From: Lepidodermella squamata
Taxonomy: Eukaryota > Animalia > Gastrotricha
Length of the DNA stretch: 64,000 bases
Direction: 5' to 3'
Assembly: GCA_047495785.1 (NCBI GenBank)
Contig: JBLDXI010000003.1
Coordinates: forward strand, 3,968,001-4,032,000
How positions within the stretch are numbered: the stretch's first letter is position 1; each line of letters begins with the position of its first letter. Shown piece by piece: positions 39,043-51,800 of the stretch. Under the pieces are notes generated by a model. The model did no database searches and was not told the DNA's origin. It saw only the letters and a list, made by a program, of their open reading frames with translations. The position numbers and the translations under genes are program-made.

Positions 39043-41691
39043 ATGTCGTCCGATGACGATGAGAAAATGTAACGTCGCTATTGATGCTCGTTCGCTTGTA
39101 TTCTACCTTAATTTATTAACAGTCACGATGTTTCGGCTAAGCCCAAGACAGGATTCTTAGATAGGTTTGGGAAAAAACAAGGTGAGTCGTACAAAAATTA
39201 ACATTCTCTTGAACAAATATGGGTAAAAGGGTTCAACGCGGGACCAGGTCTGCGAACTTGACGCTTGAATGATTGCTTAGTTGCTGCATATAATATGCGT
39301 AAAACCGGATGAGAGTCGAACACGCGAGTTATTAAAGCAGCTCGAAATATTTACAATTACTAGTATAGAGTAGGGCCAGGTGCGATGAGCGAAAACAAAC
39401 GCTGATGAGCCATGAATTGCCCAATTTCAACTTACGGTTTATACTTAGTAGCTATTTTACTCACTGAAAAATGCCGCGTTATTGGCACTGACAAGTCACA
39501 TTTGTGACAAAGCTTTTTACTGATCTTAATATTGCCACGAAATATAGGTAGCGTAAATTGTAGGGAACATGGAGCGATACTAGGTGCCTGCTGCTAGTTT
39601 AAAATAATGCTTACAAAAGAAGCGGTTGCTTCTTGGATCAAAGAGAAGGGCCACAACCTTTCCTCGTTGCCCATCAGCGCGCCTAGTTTGCACAGCCTCG
39701 GGCCAGCTAGACCGTTCAAATTCCGATTCTCTTCCAAACACGCTTCGGACGATGGCGTCGAAATGAGCATTCCTGCCGTCCCTCGTTCTAGCAGTGGCAT
39801 CAATTTGAGCTCTTTAACTCGTACGTGCCCACGAAAAGTCGCTCCCATTTAGAATCCAACTAGCTAATGATTAAAAGATATAGAAAATTCCTAATTTTAT
39901 TTAAAATATTTCAGAGCCTGCCGCCGATACAGGATTCGGTCTGCCAAGTATGCCAAATGAGATCATTCGCAAGTACCAGCGAGGAGTTGAATTTCGGGCT
40001 AAGCTTATCGGCTCTGACACGGTGCCATCGGCAAAGGGCGACAACATGTGCCACACAGCTCTCGCCAAGTTGAAAGCTGCGGTTCAGGTGGCGAAGCAGC
40101 ACAAGCCCAAGCTGATTATTAAAATCACCGACAAGGAACTGCGATTGCTGGACCAAGATACCAGGGTCAGTTCTTGACAATTTTTGCTCAAATGAGTGTT
40201 CATTTTCATCATCCCCGTCCTACAGACCGATTTACACATCCACAAACTGTACAAAATTTCCTACATTGTCTCGGATCCCAACGATCGAAGGGCATTCGGT
40301 GAGCTGAGTCCTGAATTCAGCTTTCATTTCAAGTTACTCCCGAATTTTTTAGGTTATGTATATGGCGAAAAAGAAGGTCCATGGACCTTTTACGGAATTA
40401 AAACTGAAGGAGCGGTAAGGAATCTTGCTGACAAAGTTAAAATAGATTTATTCTTTACGTTATGTAGGCGATAGCTACTATCATGGCTATAAAGGAGCTG
40501 TTTGAAGCTCTGGCTTCTAGGAAGAACGACGAGGATGAATCGAAAGCCGAGAAGAAGCTGGACGAGACCGATGCGAAGCCAGCAGCCAAAGAGGAAAAAT
40601 CAGAGAAAACAGAGAAAACAGAGGCTGCGGAAGAGAAGAAAGATGAACCTCCGAGCAGGCCTGCTCCGAAAGCGGAGGCCCCAGCAGCAGCCGCGGCTTT
40701 ATCTGAGAACAAGCGACCTAGCGTTGAAGACATGTTGCTGGCTATCGATTCCGGTACCAGCTCAGACCAGCCTTCGTTACAGCCGCGATCATCGGCGGAT
40801 TTCAGCTCACTTGAAGCTCCCGCAGCAGAGCAGCCGAAATCGGTTCAAGATGTGTTGAGCGACCTGTTCGCCGTAATTATTTTTAAGTTTAGTTGAATTC
40901 CACTAAGTTATATGTTTAGACGGCATCGCTTAACAACCAAGCTCAAAGCGCTCAACCGATTCCTTTCTCGTCGTCTCCGATGCCTGGAGGAGTGACACCA
41001 TTTCCATCGCCGGCGCCTGGTTTCTTCCCAGCTAACCCTCAATGTGAGTCGGGAATTATTTGCTAAACTAACTATAATTGGATTTTTAGATGGAAACCCG
41101 ATGTATGGCAACGTTCCATTCGGTGCTTACCCGACTCAACCTACGCAGTTCTATGGACAACCTGGCATTCCAGCGACCTATGGCAACATGGTTCAAGGAT
41201 TCGGATTCGCCAATCCTATGCAACCGGCTAGTCCGTTCGGGGTCAACCGCTTCCCAGCACCTACCCTGCAACAGCGTAAGAGTTTGAAACCAAATTGAGA
41301 GAAATGTTGACCTTTTTGAATTATTGCCAGCTTTTGGTGGATTCGGCCAGCCTTTCCCTGCCGCCGCCGATAATAGCCTTGACGCGACGAATGCGTTGAC
41401 GCCTCAGCTGGCTGCTAACGCCCCTGTCCCAACGGCGCCGGCTCCTCGAGCTGCGGCACCTACGAACACTGGTGCGAGCAACACTTGGTCATTTGTAGGC
41501 ACTGGACTGCCGCCGAAACAAGACCCAGGGCTATTCAGCGAATTTCTACCTGGGGACCTTGAAGCCGCGGCGGCGAGCAAGCCTCAAACAGGAAGTTATG
41601 TTCCGATGGGTGAAATGCTGAACAACGGTAATATTTCAGTTTCAAAATGTTCAATAATTAAGTTAATTTTATAGGTGGAAACAATAACTGA
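39043..41691 (+). CDS. DAB: Disabled (Dab) PTB-domain adaptor
   Basis: GVEFRAKLIGSDTVPSAKGDNMC...LKAA...HKPK...KISYI..D..DRRAFG|YVYG...GIKT...IKELF matches the Dab PTB domain; Pro/Ala/Phe-rich tail; many short introns. Confidence 0.9.
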
Positions 41692-43066
41692 AACATTTTT
41701 GCGCTTGCCGAAGGTAAACATGTGATTCATCGAGCTTGAAATTAAATCCTGCTGCAATAGACCATACTTATAAAAGTTTGTTGTGATTTTGGTTGTTTTA
41801 ACAAAGTATCTGCTGATATGATTGTGCGCAAATTTCAGTCCTCTATTCGTCGACTCGATTATTATCTAATGAGTCGCCAAAAGCATTGAACCTGAGTGGG
41901 ATATAATAAAACGGAGAACTTATACGACAATCAGGTCGATGTTATTTATTTTTTGTACAATTGGGAAGTTACTACGGATGACGAGTAGGGCCGCCTACGC
42001 TTGACAATTATTCTTCAGAGGGATATTAATTGTTACGATCACGTTTCAATAATTTCATGCATTATTCACGCGTATTTCTACCTGGGAGATCATGTGTTTA
42101 AGCAGCTGCATTCTTTTGGCTTATGCATATCGGCGGTATAATAATATAATAATTAGCCAAGCTTGCTGATGGCGTAAAAAAATGTGGCACCGATAAGTGT
42201 TTACCCATACAGCACAAATGAGAGCCGGAATATGCTTGTAGGTATTATGTTCCATCAAAAAACCGGTATCACCCCAACGCTCGCTCGCTTTTGTTCGACG
42301 GGCCAGCGAGTCGCAGCCGTGCGAGAACACAATACATCGCCCCACCCAGCCTCTTGGCTTGATCAAAAGCGTTCCAGCTCAATATCATCGCAGGTGACGT
42401 GGCGTGTGTTCTTCTTCGATACACAATCATGTCAAAAGCTATTTCCTATTTCCGCTTTGAACAGCAGATGAGCCTCGTCAAGCTATACCTATATGTTCGT
42501 TCGTTTTCCACCTCCGGTTTTGTTTACGGCTGACACATGAATTTGGAATCGGCCAACGATAAGTCTCCGATTAGTGCCCAAGGCGAGGCTAGACATTCGC
42601 ATTTATTATCGTGATTATGGTATTTCGCGCCGTGTGCTGCTAATGTTTCACACGCCAAAACAAAAATAAGGCATTGCAGCTACCTTGTGTTTTCGCGTAG
42701 GTAATGGCGTATTACTATTATTATCAGCTTTATCAATCCCGCATGTATAGCGCGTTGAAACGATGAGCTAGCGAACATCTTTAACAGCAGTGCCTGCTTG
42801 GCCGTCGATCAATCTACCGATCTATCGCGGCGTGTATTTTTGCATAACATAAAAATATATCACTCGCTTTTAATGCCACGCGCAAGTATTGTTGTTTCGG
42901 ATTATTCCGCCGTGTATTAACCGAAAATAAGCGCCAGCCTTACAGCCTAGCGTGTCACGGGAGAAACGCATCGTGCCAGGTGGGTGTCTGTAAAGCCTGT
43001 ACAGGCACCATCAGAACAACATATTGCAGTAGGCTCATCCTCATCTACTCCGCCTTCACAGCGCCT

Positions 43067-43087
43067 ATTATTATTATTATTATTATT
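43067..43087. repeat. (TTA)n microsatellite
   Basis: Direct trinucleotide run. Confidence 0.85.
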
Positions 43088-44727
43088 GTATAAATCCCGA
43101 AACGGCGGCTGCTTTCAGCATTCAGCCTGCTCATCCCGCGCTCGGTGTTTTGAAAGAATGGGAAAAACGCTTGCGCGCGCGCAACCTGGCTGCTGTAGCC
43201 GATATAAGCAGAGTGAACTGTTGTGTAGCTATTGTTATATGAAAAATCACAACAGCTTTTAAGGAGGCTAATACCTTTACACGTTATGCTATACCGACCC
43301 CACCACTTCCGCAGCGAGTATAGTTGCCGATGTACCCCTAACACGCAAAAAACATGGATAAAAAAATATAGCGACGCTCAATTTTCCATATCCGCGCGCC
43401 TACGAGCGATACAATAATAATATTTTACATCTTTTCGAACGATTTTTCCTCGAAAAAAAACCGGGATAACGATATACTGTTTCAGCACGCGAACTCGGTA
43501 CTCGGGTATTTATTTTGATCGCTTCAAATTTTATAACCGCTGACGTGTATCGAATAACACCAGCCGTTGCGAGACACGCAAATAATGTTGTCGCTTAATT
43601 ATTTGGCACTTGATCCATTTTCTCATTTTGACATATCAACTTTCCAGAAAAACGTCTCCGGGGCCTGATCGGAGTCTGACGACAACGTTGCGTGACTAAT
43701 TTTTACGCGAGTTATTTTGCATGCTATCGAGCCATCTATCGTTGCCAACTTCTACAACTCAAGTTTCTACCCTAAATTTCATATAATATAATTTGGATAG
43801 CATGAGACGATGGGGCTTAATTTTTTAATTCGTTGAAATTCCATGGAGAACGTTCATTTGGGGGCTCGGTGCAAATTGGTAATTTTCGATGTCGCCGCAT
43901 CGAATTTTCGGCGGCGCACTATCCTGCCACACTTATTGACTAACCTGGGCCTCAGTAATTATTTTAAAATAAATAGCCATGTTGTTTTAGTTAATAACCA
44001 TGTACACACAATAATCAGAATTATTTCGCGACATAGGTATAGAACTAGTCAAACACACTCGCAGAGAACGAGCGAAAATCGATGGCCATAGGCGTATTTT
44101 TGGTATTTTTAATCGGTATAAACCGAATATTTACGTACAGGGCTTGTTCTATGATGTTTTTTGGTGCTGAGGGACCGTGCGCTTTTAAATCGATCATAGA
44201 TGCCGCCATTTCTAGCACATACACGTGATTTTTCTCGTCATAGCTATCCTCGAGAGGTGTCACAGCTCTTTGTTTCCATGTCAGAGAATGCCGATTATTC
44301 CTTTTACTTTAATTACTTTCCGAGCCATGGACGTCAATAATAAGGCACAGTTTTCATAATATCACAGTCAATGGACTTGCATGTGGGCAGAACTGCCCGG
44401 TATTTTTTGCCGTCTCAGATGACGCGGAAGTAAAAAACTACGCTTAATACTTGCTATAATCCCTACAACCGCATTATATATTGAGCTGAGGTCGCGCGGA
44501 TGTGATAATTTGCATCGCCCAAATAGAGACTATGCCTTCGCGTATCACATACAGGTATACAGGTACATGACATCAGCGAAAAAACTGCTCATGCACTGCA
44601 AACATATGCTAGAGTAGAAAAAAGTTGACATGTGCTGCTCGCTGATCCTAAAATTTAATTCATAGTTTCTCCCACTACATTTTATAGGTGATTTTTCAGA
44701 TTTAATTATTTGCGCAACCTCTGAGAG

Positions 44728-45515
44728 ATGGGAAACAAGCGCAGTAAGCTGGCGCCGGAGGAGCTGAAGGACCTGTCAAAAGAGACCATGTTCACGGAGG
44801 AGGAAATCCGAGAGTGGTACAAAGGCTTCTCGAAGGATTGCCCCACTGGCAACCTTTCGATCGAAGAGTTCAAGAAAATCTACAGCAACTTCTTCCCGTA
44901 TGGAGATGCATCAAAATTCGCCGAGCACGTCTTTCGCACCTTCGACAAGAATGGCGACGGTACGATCGATTTCCGCGAATTCATCTCCGCCCTATCAGTC
45001 ACTTCAAGGGGCAATGTCGATCAGAAATTAAGATGGTAAGCTTAATCTCAGAATAATTTTTCAGCTCAAGTTGGAAACATCGATTACACAATGAAAGCTG
45101 AATGCTGATTTTTTTTGTTCCAGGGCTTTTGCGATGTATGACTTGGACAAGAATGGTTACATTTCAAGGCAAGAAATGCTCGAAATTATTAGCGTAAGTA
45201 TTTCATGTGATTGACGCATTTATTTTGTAATTTCCTATTTTATTTTGCAGAGTATTTACCGAATGGTAGGCTCGATGATGCATTTACCAGAGGATGAAGC
45301 GACTCCAGAATTGAGGACGGAAAAAATCTTCAGGCAGATGGATCTCAACCTCGACGACAAGCTTTCCCTCGACGGTAAGGACGTTTAAATTCTGCCAAAT
45401 TCTGTCAAATATTTACCCCGTATTTTATATAGAATTCATCGCCGGCGCGAAAGCCGATCCATCTATCGTAAAACTCCTAACGTGTGATCCCTCTGCTTTG
45501 CCCGCGTCTGAATAA
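44728..45515 (+). CDS. Neurocalcin/hippocalcin-like neuronal calcium sensor
   Basis: MGNKRSKL myristoylation motif, [55 protein letters not shown] hands; four exons. Confidence 0.95.
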
Positions 45516-46374
45516 ACGTATCAAACTCTATACATACTAATTATAAAATGAACAATATATTATCAGTAATTTAATTTATTAAGAGAATTATACGTCGAGT
45601 TGTTTGTAATATGTTGCGCCTTATATTAATAACTCTGTAGAATTGCGATCTTCTGATATATGAATAATGATGATTAATACGTTCGAATATTATGATTTTA
45701 GCGCATCTTGTGCCAGGCCAGGCCACTTTAGAATATGAAATTAATAAGTTCAACCGTTGAAGTTTCATGAGCTAGTATATATAACGTACCTTTCAGCGCG
45801 CTGGTTCATGTGGATAACGCGCTTCTTCCTTGTCAATCAATCTTGTCAGTAGTGTCTTTTAACCAAAAAATACTGAGATATCAAATCAGGGAATATATGC
45901 AAACCGGCTATCAATTCAGATGTTAGATATCGCTTTAAGACTGGCTCGATCTTATTACCTTAATTTTACCTCGAACGTCACAGCTTCACGCTCTGTAATT
46001 TGTGTCGTCGTTCGTATATATATAGGCTTTTCGTATCCTCCGCCTTGTCATATAACAGCTAAAAAATCATCAACGCAGCATCAAAAATTACTACTGTATA
46101 TGTATTTGCGCAGACAATATCTGAACGTTTCAATTGAATCCATCAATTTTATGTGTATTTGCTAATATTTGAAAAAAATTGGTTAAATTATTGCAAAATT
46201 TATTAGCGATGAAATCTATGCCTTGAAAAATTGTTGAAAATTTCAATAAAAGCGTTTGTAAAAAAATTCAACTTGAACTGATAACGTTTAATTTTATCTT
46301 ATCAATTGAGATAAAACATATTTTAGCAATTTCAACGGTTAGATAGCTGGGGTAAGATTCAAGTGCTCGCATTA

Positions 46375-47091
46375 ATGTCTCGATTGATTCCTGTCACTGT
46401 TTTGAAACGTCCCGTTTTAGAGCTTCTGCGCAAGCGGCCGGAAAAACATCCATTTTACCTATGCCCGGAGCCATTCGGATCGCACAAATTATTAACTCAC
46501 AAAGACTTCACATTAACGGGGCTGAATGCTGACGACCTGAAAGTCGCTCTGGATCGGGCTAAAACACAGAGTAAAAGTATTGGTCAACTTGCCGATCTAT
46601 ATCGCGAACCAAAGTCGTGGCCTAGTCGATTTCAGACTAGATTTATCACAACTAACGACCTTGGGACTTATGTCAGCCGTATTAACGTAGATCTGCTTGT
46701 TGCGAGAAGCTACTGCAAAAAATGTGGCGATGAGAGTTGCAACCACAGCAGCCATCAAATGCTAACAGATTTCATGTTTGCAAGCTCCACCTTTCGAACA
46801 GACTATGCGATGTATATTGAAAGTACCGTGGCGCTAATTGGTTTCATTGATATTGGCTTTGTAACTTCAGCGGTGGTCAAGTATGGATTGGATTTATTTT
46901 ACACCTCAGCGGCATTTTTGGCCAGTAGCTGTTTAGCCGCCAGTGGTGCAATAGTTGCAAGGAGGCTGTTAAGGAGGAACAGAATTCCTAATCTCTCGGA
47001 TAGAGTTGCAGCTGAATTTTTCAGAAATTTGGTTAACAACAGGAAAGCTGAGGTGAACGAAGATGGACAAGTTTTCGTGAAATTTCAATGA
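46375..47091 (+). CDS. Unknown intronless protein with a C-terminal hydrophobic hairpin
   Basis: Uninterrupted ORF of ~238 codons from ATG; basic N-terminus; hydrophobic segments VALIGFIDIGFVTSAVV and LFYTSAAFLASSCLAASGAIVA; AATAAA follows the stop. Confidence 0.6.
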   Translation: MSRLIPVTVLKRPVLELLRKRPEKHPFYLCPEPFGSHKLLTHKDFTLTGLNADDLKVALDRAKTQSKSIGQLADLYREPKSWPSRFQTRFITTNDLGTYVSRINVDLLVARSYCKKCGDESCNHSSHQMLTDFMFASSTFRTDYAMYIESTVALIGFIDIGFVTSAVVKYGLDLFYTSAAFLASSCLAASGAIVARRLLRRNRIPNLSDRVAAEFFRNLVNNRKAEVNEDGQVFVKFQ

Positions 47092-47636
47092 AGTTGAATT
47101 TTTCCTCTCTGCTACAAAATAAATCAAGCAGCCAATCGTAAAAACAATTCATGTATTTTGGCCGTTAAAAATCATCGAGTAAATATAGATGTTGTAGATC
47201 ACGCGCATATTTTTTAATTTTCGAATAATTGTGTCGCGCTCTATAATATTCCATGTCAACTTTTTGTGACAATACATTGACAAACACGGCAGCGGCGGCG
47301 CTGCTGGCCAAACATTTTTCATCGCCGTTGTTGTCTCTGTCGATTAACAAAAACAGCGGGAGTGACTGCCTCGTAAATTTAGCGCCTGTGCCGCGCCTGC
47401 CACATCGTCAAATTTGATTACTACAACAGCAGCGCACATATCGCAAAATCGAAGCGTCTGTGCTGCGGTTGCGGCTCAGCGTCGCGCTAGACGCTCTCTA
47501 TCATTTTTCAATGACCATTCATTAATCTCAGTGGTGCGCCGATTTTCTGACTTCATACGATGATGGGCTGATTGACTATCAATTCACATTTTTCATCCCC
47601 ATCTCTCATCAATATTTCAGTGTTTGGCCTACAAAA

Positions 47637-48699
47637 ATGGACGACGATAGCCTAGCCAACACTGTTACGTTGAGCAGTGGCAGCCGCACGCTGTTTATCG
47701 GCGGAATCCCGCTCGATGAGTCACCTGCATGCAGCTGTGACGACCCATCATCAGTCTCCTACCTCCAGCAGGCCTCTATTGTCACTTCGAGCCAATCAAC
47801 AGCCGCCTCGCCACAGTACTTTGATACAATTGTCACTCAACAGGGTGAGTTGTAAAATCGGAAACACTTAACGTTTTAAAATGGATATTTTTTTAGAGGT
47901 AGAGACTACAAAGATTTTATACCTGGTTCTAGCCGCGGCGGTAGCTCTTACAGCTTTAACTGCCGTTGCCGTAGCGGCAGTTGCTGCTTTTTTGATAAGC
48001 AAGAGCCGGAAAACGACACCTTGCCCACATTGCAACTGCAAAGCCGATGCTGCTGGAAAAGTTTCCCAACAGCCGAACTACCAGCTCCAGAGACCAGACT
48101 ACCTGCAACTACTTCGTTTCACCGATATTTCGCAGACTCGAAATGTTCGTAGTCCTAATAATGGAGAGGACGGCGATGATGAAGACAGCGGGCCGACTGC
48201 GTTGGAAAGTTACTGCTGGGACTCGGCGGCTGAAAACGGCGAGTTGGTAATTAAGACCACGCCAAACTCGAACCGAAACCAGGTTTTCCTGTGCGGGGCA
48301 ACGCCGACGTTGATCAGCCAAATGAATAGCAAAAAAGCCCCTGTTACAGAGCCACCGAGACGGCGAATGACCGAGAATGCAGGGAGTTCCTCTCTAGCAG
48401 CCGCTAGTAGTACTTTGAAGCGGCAGTCGGTCCGGGGTCTACCGCGACGGGCGTCCAGTGTAGCTGCAGCGGCGTCGTCTACTATGATTTCGATACATAA
48501 CACTGCCGTTGAGGAGACGGCAGGTGCAACCTATTCTGCGGCCACTTTGAGCCGTTTCCAGTCGATGCCACGAGCAGGCGGGGCGGCAACTGACAGCTCG
48601 ATCTACTCGGCTATACACACGCGAACTGGAACTTCAACGTTCAAGCCTGCAATTTCTACAACAATGTACACTAACACTGTGCCGTCAGTTATGCTTTAA
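47637..48699 (+). CDS. Single-pass membrane protein with disordered Tyr-motif tail
   Basis: Exon 47637-47844 spliced to ~47898-48699; TM ILYLVLAAAVALTALTAVAVAAVAAFLI followed by SKSRK and CPHCNC. Confidence 0.65.
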
Positions 48700-48805
48700 A
48701 ATTCGTATAAAATCGTCCTGGTAAAATAAAATCCATAGTTTAAAAGAATCCAACTTAACATTTTATTCCGCGCACATTTTGCCCTACTGAAAAAAAACAA
48801 AAAAA

Positions 48806-51800
48806 ATGATGCAATTGGTTGTACTTTTAACAGTAGTCTTCCTGTGCGAAGGGAACTCCAATTTTTCCTACGAAGGACCGGCTTTTGACGATTTAGTTGC
48901 ATATTGGCCGCTCGACAAGCTGTCCTTGAATATGACTGTTTACAGCAATGATACTAGGCCTTACAAGGGGGTAGTAAACTCTCGAATAAGCTTAAGCCCA
49001 AGCGTTGGACCTTACGGTTCGCCGAATTCTAGTTACGAAAATTATGGCCCTCGCGGGGCACTATTCATTTCAGGAGTTCATTTTCTTAAGCCATTGGAAG
49101 AAGTGACGATATCTTTCTTTCTATACCGAAATTCGAAAAACAGAAACACCGGAAACTGCGGATTTTTGTATTACATTTATGCGAATAATGGCAGTACGAA
49201 TGCGGGCTATTGTTATAAAAGAGAACGTTCTAATGACGCTTATGGTAGCTACGACAAATGGATCTTTTATGTTGACACTTACCGCATAGGCGAGAATTTT
49301 CGCCCATTTTCAGTGTCTGGCTTATTAGCATCCCCTGTTGGCTGGCGAGGTTACAAGTAGGTCAACCTAGTATGTTAATTGATCCTAGATTTCAACTTTG
49401 ATTTCGCAGTATCTCCACGATGAACAGTTCAAAGAAAATGACTCAACTGAGATTTGGAAATTTGAATCCAGGTAAGTAATTTTAGTACAGCTGATTGCTG
49501 ATTTTATTACCCACTTCCCGCTTTATCCTAAAGGTGATCGAATGGCTTGCGTTATGCTGTTCAGAAGAGTTCTAGAACCAGTTGAAATCTCGAGGCTTGC
49601 ATGCGTTTGCCGAGGAAGAGGCTTGTGCCAAGAAGAACGCATTTCCTATCAGGGCCCAATGCCAGAAAATTTAATCGGATTTTGGCCTCTCGTTGAGCTC
49701 TCACAGCGCTATCCGTGCTGCAATGAAATTAGCAAAGGCCAAGTTCCATTGAACATTACCGGTAAAAGGTTACTATTACCTCAGAGTGCACCAGGTCCCT
49801 TCTCTCGGCAAAACATATGGCTGGTAGTGCCGTCTTCCCCTGAAACATATCCGATTGAAACCCATATGATGAAATTCTCGACTGAAAACGGCTTCTCTGT
49901 TACTTTCTATTGCTACCGACACGAGAAGGCCGCATTCAAATCGGAGATGACTGTATTAGATTTACGTGAAGTCGGTCGAGTGGTTATTTCAGGTGACGCT
50001 GTCATCTATATTCGCAGCAACAAATCGGTCCAATTCCAAATGCCCTATTCCGTGAAGGAAAGTTGGATCTTCGTCGCCCTCGTGTACGATGCAGCTGCAA
50101 AGACTTTGAACTACCACACTGAATCGAAGCTAGTCAGTAGCAAGTCATTCGAGATAAAGTTTTCTGGAACTTTCAGCCTTGGTCTGGGAAGTAAAGCAAT
50201 CAAGGATAAGCTTTTTCCTTATAACCAAACTGCAGTCGCTTGCGTAACCTTACACCAAGCCATGTTGGACTCGGATGAGATTGCTACTCTTCGATATGTC
50301 TGCAATTACGCTGGATCTCGAGGCCTCAGACGACCGTATTTTGGCCCTCGTCCAGCAGAGCTTTTCGGCTATATTGGGCTTGATCAGCCCGGCTTTGATA
50401 ACTACATAACCGGTAGTGAATCTTTGGCAAAGATTGGGAATAGCAAGTTCAAATCAAATAAGACTGGCGTAGATCCTTTCGGAGAAACGAACATCATTTT
50501 CAAACAAGTTGATAAAACTGCTTTCCTAACGACGAACAATCTGTCAGTTCCTGATATGCTTGAATCCACGGAAATCATTACAGGTTTCACCTTATCTTGC
50601 TATATTTTTCGAAGCAAGCAAACCCCAGCGCCATTCGTGTATGTTACTGTATCTCAGCCGATGTTGAATATGAGCTTCCTCCTGCAATTGACCAGCGAGA
50701 ACAAGTTCCAGTTTTCGATTGCAGACAAGAATACTGGTAAAACCATTGATAAGCCAATGGTTTGGCTAGAATCGCTTGTTGAGGATGAGGATTGGAATTT
50801 CTTTGCCATTTCGGTTTCTTTCGATAGTGAGATCGCTACCGTAACCATGGTATCCGAGAGCGGTTTCATCTTGCAGACTGAGAAACTTCGAATTGCTAAT
50901 TTTCTCCCAACCAATCGGGCTGGCAGTAACAGGTTTCTACAATTAGGTCCATTGACGCCGCCTGACGCAATATCCTGTCTGTTACTCTACCAAGCAGCAT
51001 TGACAAGCAAAGAAATCGGACGAATACATTGTACTTGCAAAAATCGTGGTCTATGTCCCGATACGAATCCACTCAATGGAGAACCTGCGAATATCCAGCT
51101 ACCGTGTGTTAAGAATAACACTGTAGCTCTCAGTGGTGGGTTTTGCGAGTGCCGTCAGGCGTACAGCGGTCGGATATGCCTCAAGCAAATCGCCTTCGAT
51201 TGTGAGCGAGACAACCCGTGTGTTACAGGAACGTGCGAATCACTTGGGCCGCGTAGCTACTCATGCTTCTGCCCTGCTGGTTGGACTGGGCGTCACTGCG
51301 AGGTTTGATATAGTCTTAATATCGAATATTTTATATAATAAGATATTTATGGAATTTACTAAGGAAATCAACGAAAGACGCGGTCCTTTCTCTGATAAAT
51401 TATTGGCGATGTGGCCTCTCGACGGGAAATATCTTCTAAATCCGAAATTCACAAACGGAATAACTCCAGTTTCAATGTCTAAACGCGTAAAAGTTAGCAG
51501 TAGATTAGGCCCATTTGGCGAGCCTAATTCAAGCCTCGAGTACGATGGCACATCATTGTTGCCAGTTGACGAATATGTCGCTACATATGAACTGCCCAAC
51601 ATAAAAGACAAAGAAATATCATTGACCTTTTACTTCTTTGTGGATCCTCAAATTGCTGAAAACCGATGCGTCTTCTTTAGCCTTTCGGGGGTCAAGTCCA
51701 ATAGTACTAAGAGCGGAAGTAACGATGGCTACAAATTGAGATCGTGTGCGAAAATTTACTCAAAATGGGCACTAGAAGCTATTGTGTTCAGCAAGAGATC

